A stretch of DNA of 63,961 bases, filler included, from Candidatus Tectimicrobiota bacterium (GTDB lineage: Bacteria; JACPSX01), in the NCBI GenBank assembly GCA_016193065.1. It is 7 parts of 7 records of this genome, joined end to end, with 100 filler letters (N's around TTAATTAATTAA, not from the genome) between each part and the next. Parts side by side here need not be neighbours in the genome. Positions count along the whole stretch, not along the records: positions 16,787 to 28,811 come from JACPSX010000085.1; positions 28,912 to 49,892 come from JACPSX010000086.1; 5 more parts are not named here. One strand, written 5' to 3'. Position numbers and translations under genes: made by a program. Under the pieces are notes generated by a model, which worked only from the letters and a program-made list of their open reading frames with translations, had not been told where the DNA came from and ran no database searches. Shown one piece after another: positions 23,525-33,848 of the stretch (position 1 is the stretch's first letter; each line of letters starts with the position of its first letter).

Positions 23525-23657
23525 TTTCACGGTCTCCCAGGTCTTGGCTCCTCCAGGATAATTGCTTGTTTTTAAAAGGTCTGAATAATCAAGGCCTCGT
23601 CGGTACATGGCGGCGATCCGCACAGGCCGGCCAATGGGCGAATTTGACGGGAATTTG

Positions 23658-24158
23658 TCAAAAACCACAGCGCAGAGAGCCAAGGTCAGCATTGTGTGAT
23701 GTCCCGTGGGGAAAAACTTGCTCCATAAAAAGGCCCATTCGGCGCTGGTGAGTTCCCGGCCAGTAGATTCTACCGCATTGGGGACAGCGCCCGAAGCGGG
23801 CCGCGTGGCAAGCCACATAGTCCGGCACGAAGGGGCGGACAGCTCGGCGCTCGATCCGGATGAGTTCCATATTGCACAGGGAGCAGCGGGGTGTTCCGGG
23901 CAGATCCGTGGAGGTGATCTGCAAAGCGGTAAAGAGTTCCCTCATCTGCCCGGCAACCCCATGGGAGCGCAAAAGCAGATGGGATTGGCCGCGAAGCTTG
24001 GCGAGCAGACCCCGGTTCCGGCTCAAGAAAAGTCGGTTTTGCCGGTCAGTAAGGTCCCTGTCCGAGCCTTCTCGGACGGCTACAGTGTCAAACCCCAGGA
24101 TGCGCAGCCAGCGGGCCAGCTTGCCCAGGGTCATATCAACCATAAACTGATGACCCAT
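23658..24158 (-). CDS. Mut7-C (PIN-like, DUF82) RNase domain protein
   Basis: VDMTLGKLARWLRILGFDT, RCSLCN, CPQCGRIYWPGTH. Confidence 0.88.
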   Translation of the reverse strand: MGHQFMVDMTLGKLARWLRILGFDTVAVREGSDRDLTDRQNRLFLSRNRGLLAKLRGQSHLLLRSHGVAGQMRELFTALQITSTDLPGTPRCSLCNMELIRIERRAVRPFVPDYVACHAARFGRCPQCGRIYWPGTHQRRMGLFMEQVFPHGTSHNADLGSLRCGF

Positions 24159-24250
24159 AATCCCTTGCCCCCCATCCCGGCAGGGGGATTACCATAGAGA
24201 CTTTAGCCGCGAATCCCTGGAAAGGCAAGACCTGAGGCAAATTTTTCTCC

Positions 24251-24279
24251 TTGACATGGAAGGAAAGTCTGCCTAATTT
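24251..24279 (+). promoter_or_regulatory. Sigma70 promoter of hrcA
   Basis: TTGACA-N17-TAATTT. Confidence 0.7.
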
Positions 24280-24289
24280 CTCAGTAACG

Positions 24290-24316
24290 CTGGCACTCTG
24301 TAGCAGCGAGTGCTAA
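24290..24316. promoter_or_regulatory. CIRCE operator (HrcA binding site)
   Basis: CTGGCACTC-N9-GAGTGCTAA versus consensus TTAGCACTC-N9-GAGTGCTAA, directly upstream of hrcA. Confidence 0.93.
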
Positions 24317-24359
24317 GTTTGTGGGGTGACAGGGGTGGCTGCGACGATCTTAAACACGT

Positions 24360-25409
24360 ATGATGGAAATCAAACTTAGCGAAAGAGCCGAAATTATCTT
24401 GCGGACGGTGGTCCAAAATTACATTGGGACCGCCGAGCCCGTGGGTTCCCGTACGATTGCCAAGATGACCCACTTAGGGCTGAGTCCGGCCACGATCCGG
24501 AACGTGATGTCCGATTTGGAAGACACCGGATACCTTTCCCAGCCTCACACTTCGGCGGGCCGGATGCCGACGGACCTAGCCTACCGCTTCTACGTGGACA
24601 GCCTGGGGGAAATCCCGCCTCTGGCCCGGGAGGAGCTGGAGAGAATCGAACGGAGTTTTCCCGCCGGAGTCCGGGAAATCGAAGATCTTATGGAAGTGAC
24701 TTCCCGTCTGCTTTCGTTCCTCAGCCAGCAGGCCGGCCTGGTCTCTTTACCCGATATCCGCTCCGTGGTGTTTAAACACCTGGAATTCATCCGGCTCCGG
24801 CCTTATCAGGCCATGGCCGTTTTTGTCGCTGAGTCGGGGATCCTGCACAGCCGGATTATCAAACTCGACGAGGATTTCACCCAGGAAAAGCTCGATCAGA
24901 TGACGGGCTATCTGAATGCCGAATTCGGAGGGATGTCCCTCCACCGGATCCGCAATAAGATCGTAAAGCGCATGGCCCTGGAGAAAGAGCAATATGACCA
25001 GCTCCTGATGAATGCCATGCGGCTCAGCCAGAAGGCGCTGGCTCAGGAGGAGAATCTTGAGGGTGGGCAGGTGATTCTCGGCGGGGCCACGAACATCCTA
25101 AGCCAGCCGGAGTTCAGCGCAGATGTGGACAAGATGCGCAGCATCTTTTCCGCCTTCGAGGACAAGAGCAGGTTGTTGAAGATCATTGACCGGGTTCTTC
25201 AGGAGCATGGGGTCAGCATTTTAATCGGGGCTGAAAATGAGATTCAGGAGATGAGGAACTGCAGCCTCGTGATGCACCCTTACACCTGCGGGGACCGCGC
25301 CCTCGGTGTGCTGGGGGTCATCGGGCCTACCCGGATGGAGTATCCCCGGATGATGGCCGTCGTGGCGGCGACCGCCCACACCCTTTCGCGGCTCTTGACG
25401 GAGCGTTAG
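24360..25409 (+). CDS. hrcA: Heat-inducible transcription repressor HrcA
   Basis: YIGTAEPVGSR, SPATIRNVMSDLE, QPHTSAGRMPT, GVIGPTRMEY. Confidence 0.96.
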   Translation: MMEIKLSERAEIILRTVVQNYIGTAEPVGSRTIAKMTHLGLSPATIRNVMSDLEDTGYLSQPHTSAGRMPTDLAYRFYVDSLGEIPPLAREELERIERSFPAGVREIEDLMEVTSRLLSFLSQQAGLVSLPDIRSVVFKHLEFIRLRPYQAMAVFVAESGILHSRIIKLDEDFTQEKLDQMTGYLNAEFGGMSLHRIRNKIVKRMALEKEQYDQLLMNAMRLSQKALAQEENLEGGQVILGGATNILSQPEFSADVDKMRSIFSAFEDKSRLLKIIDRVLQEHGVSILIGAENEIQEMRNCSLVMHPYTCGDRALGVLGVIGPTRMEYPRMMAVVAATAHTLSRLLTER

Positions 25410-25538
25410 CGTATCCCGCCACGCTTAAATCTGATATGATCACTTGGCGCGCGCCTGGGCCCTGCCGTAAACAGCAAAGGGTCGGGCGCGCATCCGTGTT
25501 CAGAGGGGCCTGTGCCCCGGAAGGAGTCAGGCGCAGCG

Positions 25539-26180
25539 ATGACGCGAATACCGATTGAAACCGGAGACTCTTCAGAGGAAGAGGCGGTCCAGCAGGGTGT
25601 ACAAGGGGGAGAGGAAATCCCGCGGGAAGGCGGCCGGGAGGAGATCCGAGCGGATTCGGGTGGGGAATCCCAGCCCCCCCCCGTGCTGGACGCGGAGGCA
25701 AGAATCCGCGCACTGGAAGCGGAAATCGCCAAAAAGTCCGAGGAGGGAAAACAGACCTTCGACCGTCTCCTGCGCCTGCACGCGGAATTTGAAAATTACA
25801 AGAAACGCGTGTCTCGGGAGAAAGAAGAATTCTCCCGCTATGCACATGAGAGGGTGTTAAGAGAGTTTTTGCCCATTGTCGATAACCTCTATCGAGCCCT
25901 GGAAGCGCTCAAGATGGGAGGAGAGCTTCCCGGCTTGATGACAGGTCTCGAATTGATCTTGCAGCAGATCAGGGAGGCGTTTCAAAAGCTGGGAGTTACG
26001 GAAATCAAAAGCTTAGGCGAGCCCTTTGACCCCACGGTGCATGAAGCCGTCATGCAGGTGGAGGCGAAGGGGCAAGAGGACGACGCGGTCGTGGATGAGT
26101 TGGAAAAGGGGTATCTTTTGCATGACCGGGTTCTACGGCCGGCCAAGGTGACCGTGTCTAAAAAACGTTCCGAGTCTTGA
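25539..26180 (+). CDS. grpE: Nucleotide exchange factor GrpE
   Basis: AEFENYKKR, LPIVDNL, FDPTVHEAV, GYLLHDRVLRPAKVTV. Confidence 0.95.
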   Translation: MTRIPIETGDSSEEEAVQQGVQGGEEIPREGGREEIRADSGGESQPPPVLDAEARIRALEAEIAKKSEEGKQTFDRLLRLHAEFENYKKRVSREKEEFSRYAHERVLREFLPIVDNLYRALEALKMGGELPGLMTGLELILQQIREAFQKLGVTEIKSLGEPFDPTVHEAVMQVEAKGQEDDAVVDELEKGYLLHDRVLRPAKVTVSKKRSES

Positions 26181-26311
26181 GCCCCCGACGGCGGGGTTTC
26201 CTGGACCGTGAGGGCGGGGGCCGTGAAGGTCGCTGTGGCCGGGAAAGCTCTATGGGGTCGGTGTCGTAGGATCAAGCCGGGAATGGAGTGCAGCGCGTGG
26301 GTGGAGGAACC

Positions 26312-27424
26312 TTGAACAAACGGGATTACTACGAAGTTCTCGGGGTTGATCGGGATGCGAGCGAGGAGGAGATTAAAAAAGCCTTTCGCAAGCTCGCCCT
26401 GAAGCACCATCCCGATAAGAATCCCGGTGACAAGGAATCGGAAGAGAAATTTAAGGAGATCAACGAGGCTTACGAGGTCCTGCGGGATCCCGAAAAGCGC
26501 TCCCGGTACGACCGGTTTGGACGCGCCGGCTCAGGTGCCGGAGGATTCGGCGAGGCGGGTTTCGGATTCGGGACGAGCTTCGGTGACATCTTCGAAGATT
26601 TCTTTGGAGATTTTTTCGGCACGGCCGGCCGCCGCGGCCAGAGCAGAGCTCAGCGCGGGTTTGACCTGCGCTACAACCTGGAAATCTCTTTCCCGGAGGT
26701 AGCCACCGGAGTCGAAAGGACCATACGAGTTCCGCGCCGTGAGACGTGCCCGGCCTGTAAAGGAAAGAGGGGGAGAGGGGGCAAAGGGATCGAGACCTGT
26801 CCTACTTGCCAGGGCCGAGGCCAGGTGGGATATCAGCAGGGGTTCTTTACGATTTCCCGCACCTGCCCTCATTGCCATGGCGAGGGACATCTTCTCAAGG
26901 ACCCCTGTCCCGAGTGCCGGGGGGAGGGGAAGGTCAAACGGGAGCGCGAACTTTCTGTCAGAATACCCGCCGGTGTTGAAACCGGGACCCGGCTCAGGGT
27001 GTCCGGGGAAGGGGAAGCGGGCAGCTTTGGTGGTCCTCCCGGGGATCTCTATGTGGACATCACGGTGGCTGACCATCCGATCTTCTCCAGGCAGGGAAAC
27101 GATATTTTGTGCGAGATCCCGGTCAGCTTTCCGCAGGCCGCTCTGGGAGCGGATCTGGAAATTCCCACTCTGAAAGGAAAACAGGTCATTAAAATCCGTC
27201 CCGGAACTCAGAGCGCAGACCTCTACACGATCGAGAGGGCAGGTTTACCTGATTTGAGAGGACGGGGGATCGGGAACCAGATCGTGCGGATTCTGGTGGA
27301 AACACCGACGAACCTGACTGCCCGCCAGAAAGAACTCCTCCAGGAATTCGCCCGCCTGAGCGGTGAGAACCACCACCCTCTGCGGGCCGGCTTCCTCGGA
27401 CGCGTCAAGAAAATATTTGGCTAA
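26312..27424 (+). CDS. dnaJ: Chaperone DnaJ
   Basis: [12 protein letters not shown] motif, G/F-rich region, four CxxCxG zinc repeats; TTG start with GGAGG. Confidence 0.96.
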   Translation: MNKRDYYEVLGVDRDASEEEIKKAFRKLALKHHPDKNPGDKESEEKFKEINEAYEVLRDPEKRSRYDRFGRAGSGAGGFGEAGFGFGTSFGDIFEDFFGDFFGTAGRRGQSRAQRGFDLRYNLEISFPEVATGVERTIRVPRRETCPACKGKRGRGGKGIETCPTCQGRGQVGYQQGFFTISRTCPHCHGEGHLLKDPCPECRGEGKVKRERELSVRIPAGVETGTRLRVSGEGEAGSFGGPPGDLYVDITVADHPIFSRQGNDILCEIPVSFPQAALGADLEIPTLKGKQVIKIRPGTQSADLYTIERAGLPDLRGRGIGNQIVRILVETPTNLTARQKELLQEFARLSGENHHPLRAGFLGRVKKIFG

Positions 27425-27470
27425 CGCGGACCCGGCCGCTCTCGGTCCGGAGATTGGTTGTTGGGTGCGA

Positions 27471-28661
27471 TCAGGACAGGCGGCAGCGCAAGTTGTTCCC
27501 CGGGATTATGGCTCCCAGCCTCACGGGCCGGGACGCTCCGGTGACCCTGGGAAGATTCGCCGCGGACCCCGCCACGGTCTCGTGGGCCAGGACGGCGAAG
27601 ATGACCGCTTCCAGGGCTTTGGCGGGGAACCCGAGGGCATCGCTTAGGACGACCGGAACCGGATCGAAACCCCGGGACAGCATCGAGACCAGCGTCCGGT
27701 TATAGGCCCCACCGCCTGCCAGGATGACCTGATCCAGGTCGTGGTGGGGAAGGATGAAGAGCCGGTAGTTGCGCAGGATCGATTCGGCGGTGAAAGCCGT
27801 GACAGTGGCCACCAGGTCATCGCCCTCAATCCCCTGCCCCTTGGCCGTGACCAGGATTTTTTCCGCCAGGCCGGGCCCGAAATCCTCCCTCCCCGTGGCC
27901 TTGGGGGGTGGTTTGGTGATAAAGGGGTGAGAGAGGAGCCCCTCCAGCATCTCCTCCTGGATCTTCCCCCGGGCGGCCCGCAGGCCGTCCACATCGAAGT
28001 GGTCCTTGCCGGCCGAGACCTCCTCAACGATCCGGTCGATCAGTAAATTGGCCGGTCCCGTATCAAAGCCGATCACTTGGGACAAGTCGCCTCCTTTCGG
28101 AAGCAGGGTGAGATTGCTGATCCCTCCCAGGTTGTGGACGGCGATGGATCGCCTCCAATCGCGAAACAGGAGATAATGGACATACGGGGCCAGGGGCGCC
28201 CCGATTCCTCCCGCCGCCATGTCCCGGCTGCGAAAGTCGGCGACAACGGTGATCCCCGTACGCTCCGCGATGACGGCGGGTTCCCCGACCTGGAGAGTGG
28301 AGGAGGTGTTGAAACCGCGGGCAGGATCCGGCGTGGGAATATGGAAGAGTGTCTGCCCGTGGCTGCCGATCAGATCGATCTCTTCCATGGTCAGGCCCGC
28401 ATGCTCCGTTACCTGGATGGCCGCCTCCGCAAAGGCCTCCCCCAGGTGAAAATTGAGCTGGCAGATCCGGTCGACGGTCCCGGCGTGAGGCTGGCAGGAT
28501 TGGATGATCTCCCGCCGGAGACTGGCGTCGATCGGGTGAGTGATGTAGGCCCGGAGCTCCACCCGGGTTTTGGGCCCTTGTCCGGCAATCTCGACCAGGG
28601 CCGCATCGACGCCGTCGGCGGAGGTCCCGGACATGAGCCCGATGACTTTGTGGGTTTTCAT
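27471..28661 (-). CDS. anmK: Anhydro-N-acetylmuramic acid kinase
   Basis: IGLMSGTSADGVD, GSHGQT, DFRSRDMAAGGIGAPL, FDTGPAN, TGREDFG, VTGA. Confidence 0.95.
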   Translation of the reverse strand: MKTHKVIGLMSGTSADGVDAALVEIAGQGPKTRVELRAYITHPIDASLRREIIQSCQPHAGTVDRICQLNFHLGEAFAEAAIQVTEHAGLTMEEIDLIGSHGQTLFHIPTPDPARGFNTSSTLQVGEPAVIAERTGITVVADFRSRDMAAGGIGAPLAPYVHYLLFRDWRRSIAVHNLGGISNLTLLPKGGDLSQVIGFDTGPANLLIDRIVEEVSAGKDHFDVDGLRAARGKIQEEMLEGLLSHPFITKPPPKATGREDFGPGLAEKILVTAKGQGIEGDDLVATVTAFTAESILRNYRLFILPHHDLDQVILAGGGAYNRTLVSMLSRGFDPVPVVLSDALGFPAKALEAVIFAVLAHETVAGSAANLPRVTGASRPVRLGAIIPGNNLRCRLS

Positions 28662-28911
28662 AGCCCTCCTGTTTTCCGGAGATGGGCTGCGCCATTATGT
28701 CAAGCAGGATTGCGGACGTCAAGGAGCTGAGGAACCTTGCCCACCCCCAGTTCTCGCGAATCCATAGCAAGGGACTGTCTCCCGCCCTTCGCTCCACGCC
28801 TCTCGCAGCGGNNNNNNNNNNNNNNNNNNNNNNNNNNNNNNNNNNNNNNNNNNNNTTAATTAATTAANNNNNNNNNNNNNNNNNNNNNNNNNNNNNNNNN
28901 NNNNNNNNNNN

Positions 28912-29091
28912 ACCTTTCTCTACGTGCCCGAATCCACCCCCGCTCTGCACCGGGAGGAATTTAAGATCCTGCGCCGACGTCCAGGAGGCCAGCTCAAAGA
29001 GGAAGAGATTCAGATGACCAAGGTGGGGCTCACCTATTATTTAAACCAGTGGTTCCGGACCAGGAACAGGCCGGCCTTCGCCCCGGAGTGA
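28912..29091 (+). CDS. C-terminal fragment, probably a peptide ABC substrate-binding protein
   Basis: Open frame TFLYVPES...YYLNQWF...APE* directly upstream of the permease pair. Confidence 0.6.
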   Translation, partial: TFLYVPESTPALHREEFKILRRRPGGQLKEEEIQMTKVGLTYYLNQWFRTRNRPAFAPE

Positions 29092-29101
29092 GGGAGATCC
29101 C

Positions 29102-30061
29102 ATGTTCGGCTACATCATCCGCCGCCTGATTCAGACCATCCCGGTGCTCGTCGGGATCACGGTGATTTCCTTCACCATGATCCACATCGCCCCCGGTTCC
29201 CCCATCGGGCAGGCCCTGGATCCCAAGGTGCCTAAAAAGGTGGTCGAGCAATGGGAAAAAAACTTCCACCTCAACGAGCCTCTGCCGGTGCAGTACTGGT
29301 TATGGCTTAAAGATCTCGCCGCGGGTGATTTGAAGTCCTTCAAGGACGGCAGGCCGGTGCTGAAAAAAATCCTGGAGAGGCTGCCGGCCACCATCTGGCT
29401 GAACCTGGTGGCCACTCTGATCTCTTTTGCGATTGCCATCCCCATGGGGATTTTTTCCGCCACCCATCGCTATTCGCCGGCGGATCACGTATTCACCTTT
29501 TTCGCCTTCGTGGGCATCTCGGTCCCCAGCTTCTGGCTCGCCTACATGCTCATCCTCCTGCTCGTGCAGGGCTTCGGGATTCCCGTCCTGGGGGTGCAGA
29601 CTTTCGGCCTGGTCCCCCTCCCCCCCCTATCAGGCCTGGCGGACCGGGCCTGGCACCTTTTCCTGCCCGCCGTGATTTTCGCTGTAGGAGAAATCGCCGT
29701 CCTCTCCCGGTACATGCGGGGGAGCATGCTGGAGGTCGTCCGGGAGGACTACATCCGCACCGCAAAGGCCAAGGGGCTCACCGAAGACCAGGTCAATTAC
29801 CGCCACGCCCTGCGTAACGCCCTGTTGCCGATCGTAACGATCTTCGGTTTTCTCATCCCCTCGCTCATCGGAGGCTCGGTGATCATCGAATCGATTTTCG
29901 CCTGGCCCGGAATCGGCCAGCTCGGCTACCAATCGGTCTTGTCCCGGGATTACCCGACGATCATGACCCTGAACACCATTGCGGCCTTCCTGGTGCTTCT
30001 CGGGAACCTGGTGGCCGATGTTCTCTACGCCTGGGTGGACCCGCGGATCAGCTATGCCTAG
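29102..30061 (+). CDS. Peptide/nickel ABC permease (OppB/DppB type)
   Basis: YIIRRL, ERLPAT, EDYIRTAKAKGL, IIESIFAWPGIG, DPRI. Confidence 0.93.
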   Translation: MFGYIIRRLIQTIPVLVGITVISFTMIHIAPGSPIGQALDPKVPKKVVEQWEKNFHLNEPLPVQYWLWLKDLAAGDLKSFKDGRPVLKKILERLPATIWLNLVATLISFAIAIPMGIFSATHRYSPADHVFTFFAFVGISVPSFWLAYMLILLLVQGFGIPVLGVQTFGLVPLPPLSGLADRAWHLFLPAVIFAVGEIAVLSRYMRGSMLEVVREDYIRTAKAKGLTEDQVNYRHALRNALLPIVTIFGFLIPSLIGGSVIIESIFAWPGIGQLGYQSVLSRDYPTIMTLNTIAAFLVLLGNLVADVLYAWVDPRISYA

Positions 30062-30070
30062 GGGAGAACG

Positions 30071-30982
30071 GTGACAGGTAACGCCATTGCGACCAGCGCG
30101 GGAGAAGTACTGAGAACGAAGCCCTACAGCTTTTGGCGGGAGCTGTCCATCCAGTTCCGCAAGAACCACCTGGCCATGGGCGGCCTGGCCGTCATCGGAG
30201 TCCTCTTTGTCATCGCCCTCATTGTCGTCCTCTTCTCCTTGTTTAAAATTTACTTCCCTTACGATCCCAACGCCATCGACCTCACCCGGAAGCTGCTTTT
30301 TCCCTCCACCGTTCATCTTCTGGGGACCGATCACCTGGGCCGGGACGTCCTGAGCCGCATGCTCCATGGGTCCTGGATCTCCCTCACCGTGGGTTTCGTC
30401 TCCGTGGCCATTGCCATCAGCATCGGCCTCTTGATCGGAAGCTTGGCCGGGTACTTCGCAGGCTGGGTCGATGCGGTCCTCATGCGTTTTGTCGATATCA
30501 TGATGACCTTTCCAACGTTCTTTCTCATCCTGACCGTCATTGCCTTGCTGGGCCCGGGATTCTGGAAGGTGATGATCGTCATCGGTCTTACCAGTTGGAC
30601 CGGGACCGCCCGCTTTGTGCGAGCCGAGATTCTCTCCCTGCGGCAGCGGGATTTCGTCCAGGCGGCCCGGGCCGTAGGGGTCCCCAGCCACCGGATTATC
30701 CTCCGGCACGTCCTCCCCAATGCCATGGCCCCTGTGCTGATCTCCGCAACCCTCGGGGTCGCCGGGGCCGTCCTGACCGAGTCGGGTCTGAGCTTTCTGG
30801 GGTTTGGGGTGCAGCCCCCGCAACCCACCTGGGGGAACATCCTGACGGAGGGGCGGCTTTACATCTTCGACGCCTGGTGGCTCACCTTGTTTCCGGGCCT
30901 GGCCATCCTGATCATGGTGCTGGCCTTCAACTTGTGCGGGGAGGGGCTGCGCGACGCTCTGGATCCCCGTTTGCGCCGCTGA
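30071..30982 (+). CDS. Peptide/nickel ABC permease (OppC/DppC type)
   Basis: HLLGTDHLGRDVLSR, FVQAARAVG, ESGLSFLGFG, GEGLRDALDPR. Confidence 0.93.
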   Translation: MTGNAIATSAGEVLRTKPYSFWRELSIQFRKNHLAMGGLAVIGVLFVIALIVVLFSLFKIYFPYDPNAIDLTRKLLFPSTVHLLGTDHLGRDVLSRMLHGSWISLTVGFVSVAIAISIGLLIGSLAGYFAGWVDAVLMRFVDIMMTFPTFFLILTVIALLGPGFWKVMIVIGLTSWTGTARFVRAEILSLRQRDFVQAARAVGVPSHRIILRHVLPNAMAPVLISATLGVAGAVLTESGLSFLGFGVQPPQPTWGNILTEGRLYIFDAWWLTLFPGLAILIMVLAFNLCGEGLRDALDPRLRR

Positions 30983-31063
30983 CCCATCCCCTTGACTCGA
31001 GCATAACGGGATGTTTGTCTGTCCAAAACCCGCTGGGAGAGACAAGGGGGATTCTTTTGCGTC

Positions 31064-31091
31064 TTGACAAGCGGGCCCTTCCCTTTATAAT
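31064..31091 (+). promoter_or_regulatory. Consensus sigma70 promoter of tRNA-Leu
   Basis: TTGACA-N16-TATAAT. Confidence 0.85.
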
Positions 31092-31108
31092 TCTTAAGAA
31101 CAAACCGT

Positions 31109-31194
<86 letters not shown>

Positions 31195-31414
31195 TTTTCT
31201 TATCCTCTCCCCTGGTTTTTTCCTGCCGATTTTTTCTGTTGACACGTCTCTTGCCAATCTGCTAGATAAGACTAGCTCCAAGGATCACCCTCAAATCAGT
31301 CACACGGACGGAAGATTCGGCTGCAAAGCCGAAAGAGGGCTGCTCTCTCTGGGGGCTATGGCTTACGTGAGTCCCAATCATCTCGGTGAACCACAAAAGG
31401 AGGAGGTGAAAGAG

Positions 31415-31747
31415 ATGAAGACAGGAAAGCTGGTTGTCCTATCGCTGTGCGCCCTTGCTCTGGTAGGTCTGGCCTTGTCCCCCGTGTTGGCCCAGGAGAA
31501 GGCGAAGGCCAAGTTGACCAAGATCGCCGGGGACGTGGGAAACGTGAATGAGGAGAAAAACACGATCACGATCGTGACCAGGGATGCCAAGATCATCACG
31601 ATCAACATCCCGCAGAAGGCCAAACTGCAGATCGCCAAGCCCGGCAAGCTGGCTGATACCCCCCTGGGAGCCGCAATCGAAGCCAATGTCGACGAAAAGG
31701 GTGATGCTGCCAACGTGCTTGTTGTTCCCAGAGGTGGTGAAGAATAA
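31415..31747 (+). CDS. Small exported hypothetical protein (beta-rich, OB-like)
   Basis: Strong RBS AGGAGGAGGT; signal peptide MKTGKLVVLSLCALALVGLALSPVLA. Confidence 0.8.
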   Translation: MKTGKLVVLSLCALALVGLALSPVLAQEKAKAKLTKIAGDVGNVNEEKNTITIVTRDAKIITINIPQKAKLQIAKPGKLADTPLGAAIEANVDEKGDAANVLVVPRGGEE

Positions 31748-31963
31748 TCCGCTTCCTCGCTGACTGGCCGGAGATGCGCCCTCGCGAGCGCACTCCGGCC
31801 AGATGATCTCTTCTGTTTCTTTCCCTTTCTGACTGCAACAACTCCGTCTTGCAGGCGGGTAATTTCCTGCCAGAAATCCCTGCCGGGACAAAAAAGTTGA
31901 CGGCTCTCCGCGAGCGATGCTAGCATAAAAATTTCAAGGAGTTTTACAGCGAAGGAGCATCCC

Positions 31964-33241
31964 GTGCTCGACCTGAGACAGATCCGATCCCGACCGGAAG
32001 AAATTCAAAAGGGCCTGGAAACCCGGGGGGGCACTTACAGTCTTGAACCCATTTTGGAACAGGACACGATTCACCGGGATCTTCTTCGTCAAGTCGAAGA
32101 GCTGCGCTCCCGGCGCAATGCAATTTCCGATGAAATCGGGAAGCTCGTGCGGGAAAAAAAGGATGCCTCTGCGAAAATCGCCGAGATGAAATCCCTCGGC
32201 GAGGAACTGAAGGCCCTGGAAGAAACTGAGCGCACGTGCCAGGAACGATTGACCGCACTCCTGCTGACGATCCCGAACCTCCCCCATGCAGATGTCCCCT
32301 TGGGGAAAGACAGTTCCCAGAACCTGGAAGTAAGGCGCTGGGGTGAGCCCCCAGAGTTCGGGTTTAAACCACGCTCCCATGTGGAGATCGGGGAAGACCT
32401 GGGGATTCTGGATTTTCAGCGGGCCGGAAAGATCGCTGGGAGCCGCTTTGTCCTGCTCAAAGGGCTGGGAGCCCGGCTGGAGCGGGCCTTAATGAACTTC
32501 ATGGTGGAGCTTCATACCCGCGAACACGGTTATGAGGAGATCTGGACCCCTTTCATGGTGAACCGGGAAAGCGCCACGATCACCGGGAACCTCCCCAAGT
32601 TTGAGGAGGATCTCTTCAAGGTGGAAGACGGGGAGTATTACCTGATCCCCACCGCTGAAATTCCTGTTACGAATATCTTTCGGGACGAGATCCTGCGGCA
32701 GGAAGACCTCCCCCTCCGCTACGTGGCCTACACCCCCTGTTTCCGGCGGGAGGCGGGCTCTTACGGCCAGGACACCCGCGGGCTCATCCGCCAGCACCAA
32801 TTCGACAAGGTGGAACTGGTGAAGTTCGCCTCCCCCGAAGATTCCTATGATCAACTGGAGGGACTTGTGGCCGACGCCGAAAGCGTCCTGCAGCGCTTGG
32901 GACTCCCTTACCGGGTTGTGATGCTGTGCACGGGGGACATGGGGTTTGCCTCGGCCAAGACCTATGACCTCGAGGTCTGGGTCCCTTCCCAGGGGCGCTA
33001 CCGGGAAATCTCCTCGTGCAGCAACTTCGAGGACTTCCAGGCCCGCCGGGGGAACATCCGCTTCCGGCCCCGGGGGGGAAGCAAGCCGGCCTTCGTGCAC
33101 ACCCTCAATGGGTCGGGACTGGCCATCGGCCGCACGATGGTGGCCCTTCTGGAAAATTACCAGCAGGAGGACGGCAGCGTCCTGATCCCCCCGGCCCTGG
33201 GACCTTACATGGGAGGATGCGAGCGAATTACGAAAGGGTGA
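31964..33241 (+). CDS. serS: Serine--tRNA ligase
   Basis: [57 protein letters not shown]. Confidence 0.98.
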   Translation: MLDLRQIRSRPEEIQKGLETRGGTYSLEPILEQDTIHRDLLRQVEELRSRRNAISDEIGKLVREKKDASAKIAEMKSLGEELKALEETERTCQERLTALLLTIPNLPHADVPLGKDSSQNLEVRRWGEPPEFGFKPRSHVEIGEDLGILDFQRAGKIAGSRFVLLKGLGARLERALMNFMVELHTREHGYEEIWTPFMVNRESATITGNLPKFEEDLFKVEDGEYYLIPTAEIPVTNIFRDEILRQEDLPLRYVAYTPCFRREAGSYGQDTRGLIRQHQFDKVELVKFASPEDSYDQLEGLVADAESVLQRLGLPYRVVMLCTGDMGFASAKTYDLEVWVPSQGRYREISSCSNFEDFQARRGNIRFRPRGGSKPAFVHTLNGSGLAIGRTMVALLENYQQEDGSVLIPPALGPYMGGCERITKG

Positions 33242-33250
33242 GTCGGCGGC

Positions 33251-33357
33251 GGAGGGATGGCCGAGTGGTTTAAGGCGGCGGTCTTGAAAACCGTTGGGCG
33301 CGAGCCCCGCAGGTTCGAATCCTGCTCCCTCCGGTTCGAATCCTACTCCCTCCGCCA
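33251..33357 (+). tRNA. tRNA-Ser(TGA) followed by a duplicated T-loop/3' acceptor segment
   Basis: GGAGGGA acceptor, loop CTTGAAA; body ends 33333 without CCA, then GTTCGAATCCTACTCCCTCCGCCA at 33334-33357. Confidence 0.9.
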
Positions 33358-33430
33358 GTTGCCGACGCCCCATTTAATCCGCCACAGGCCGCCAATTCTG
33401 TGATAACCTGGGGCGAAAGAGGTCAGACGC

Positions 33431-33525
<95 letters not shown>

Positions 33526-33564
33526 GAAAATAATCCGCTGGCTCGCCAGAAACCTTCTCCCGGC

Positions 33565-33641
33565 GCGCCCTTAGCTCAACTGGATAGAGCGACGGACTAC
33601 GGATCCGTAGGTTGGGGGTTCAAATCCCTCAGGGCGCGCCA
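33565..33641 (+). tRNA. tRNA-Arg(ACG)
   Basis: GCGCCCT/AGGGCGC, ACGGA-CTACGGA-TCCGT, GTTCAAAT, GCCA. Confidence 0.96.
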
Positions 33642-33848
33642 GTTTTTCAATACGTTAAGCAATTCCTCCGACAGCCCCATCAGGCCTGCCGCGCCCCCTC
33701 CGGCAGCCGCACCTCCTCCAGATTACAAAAGAAACGAAGTGCAGGTCACACACCGGTGACTCAAGAAAGACTCTGCCGAATCGATGGAAACCAGGAGGGG
33801 TTCCGAATCTTCTGAAGTGGTAGTTGCCCGGCGGATAAGGAGACTTCC

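Noticed and set aside
33251-33357. tRNA-Sec or suppressor tRNA
   Set aside because: Anticodon TGA reads UCA (Ser); tRNA-Sec would have anticodon TCA and a longer acceptor stem
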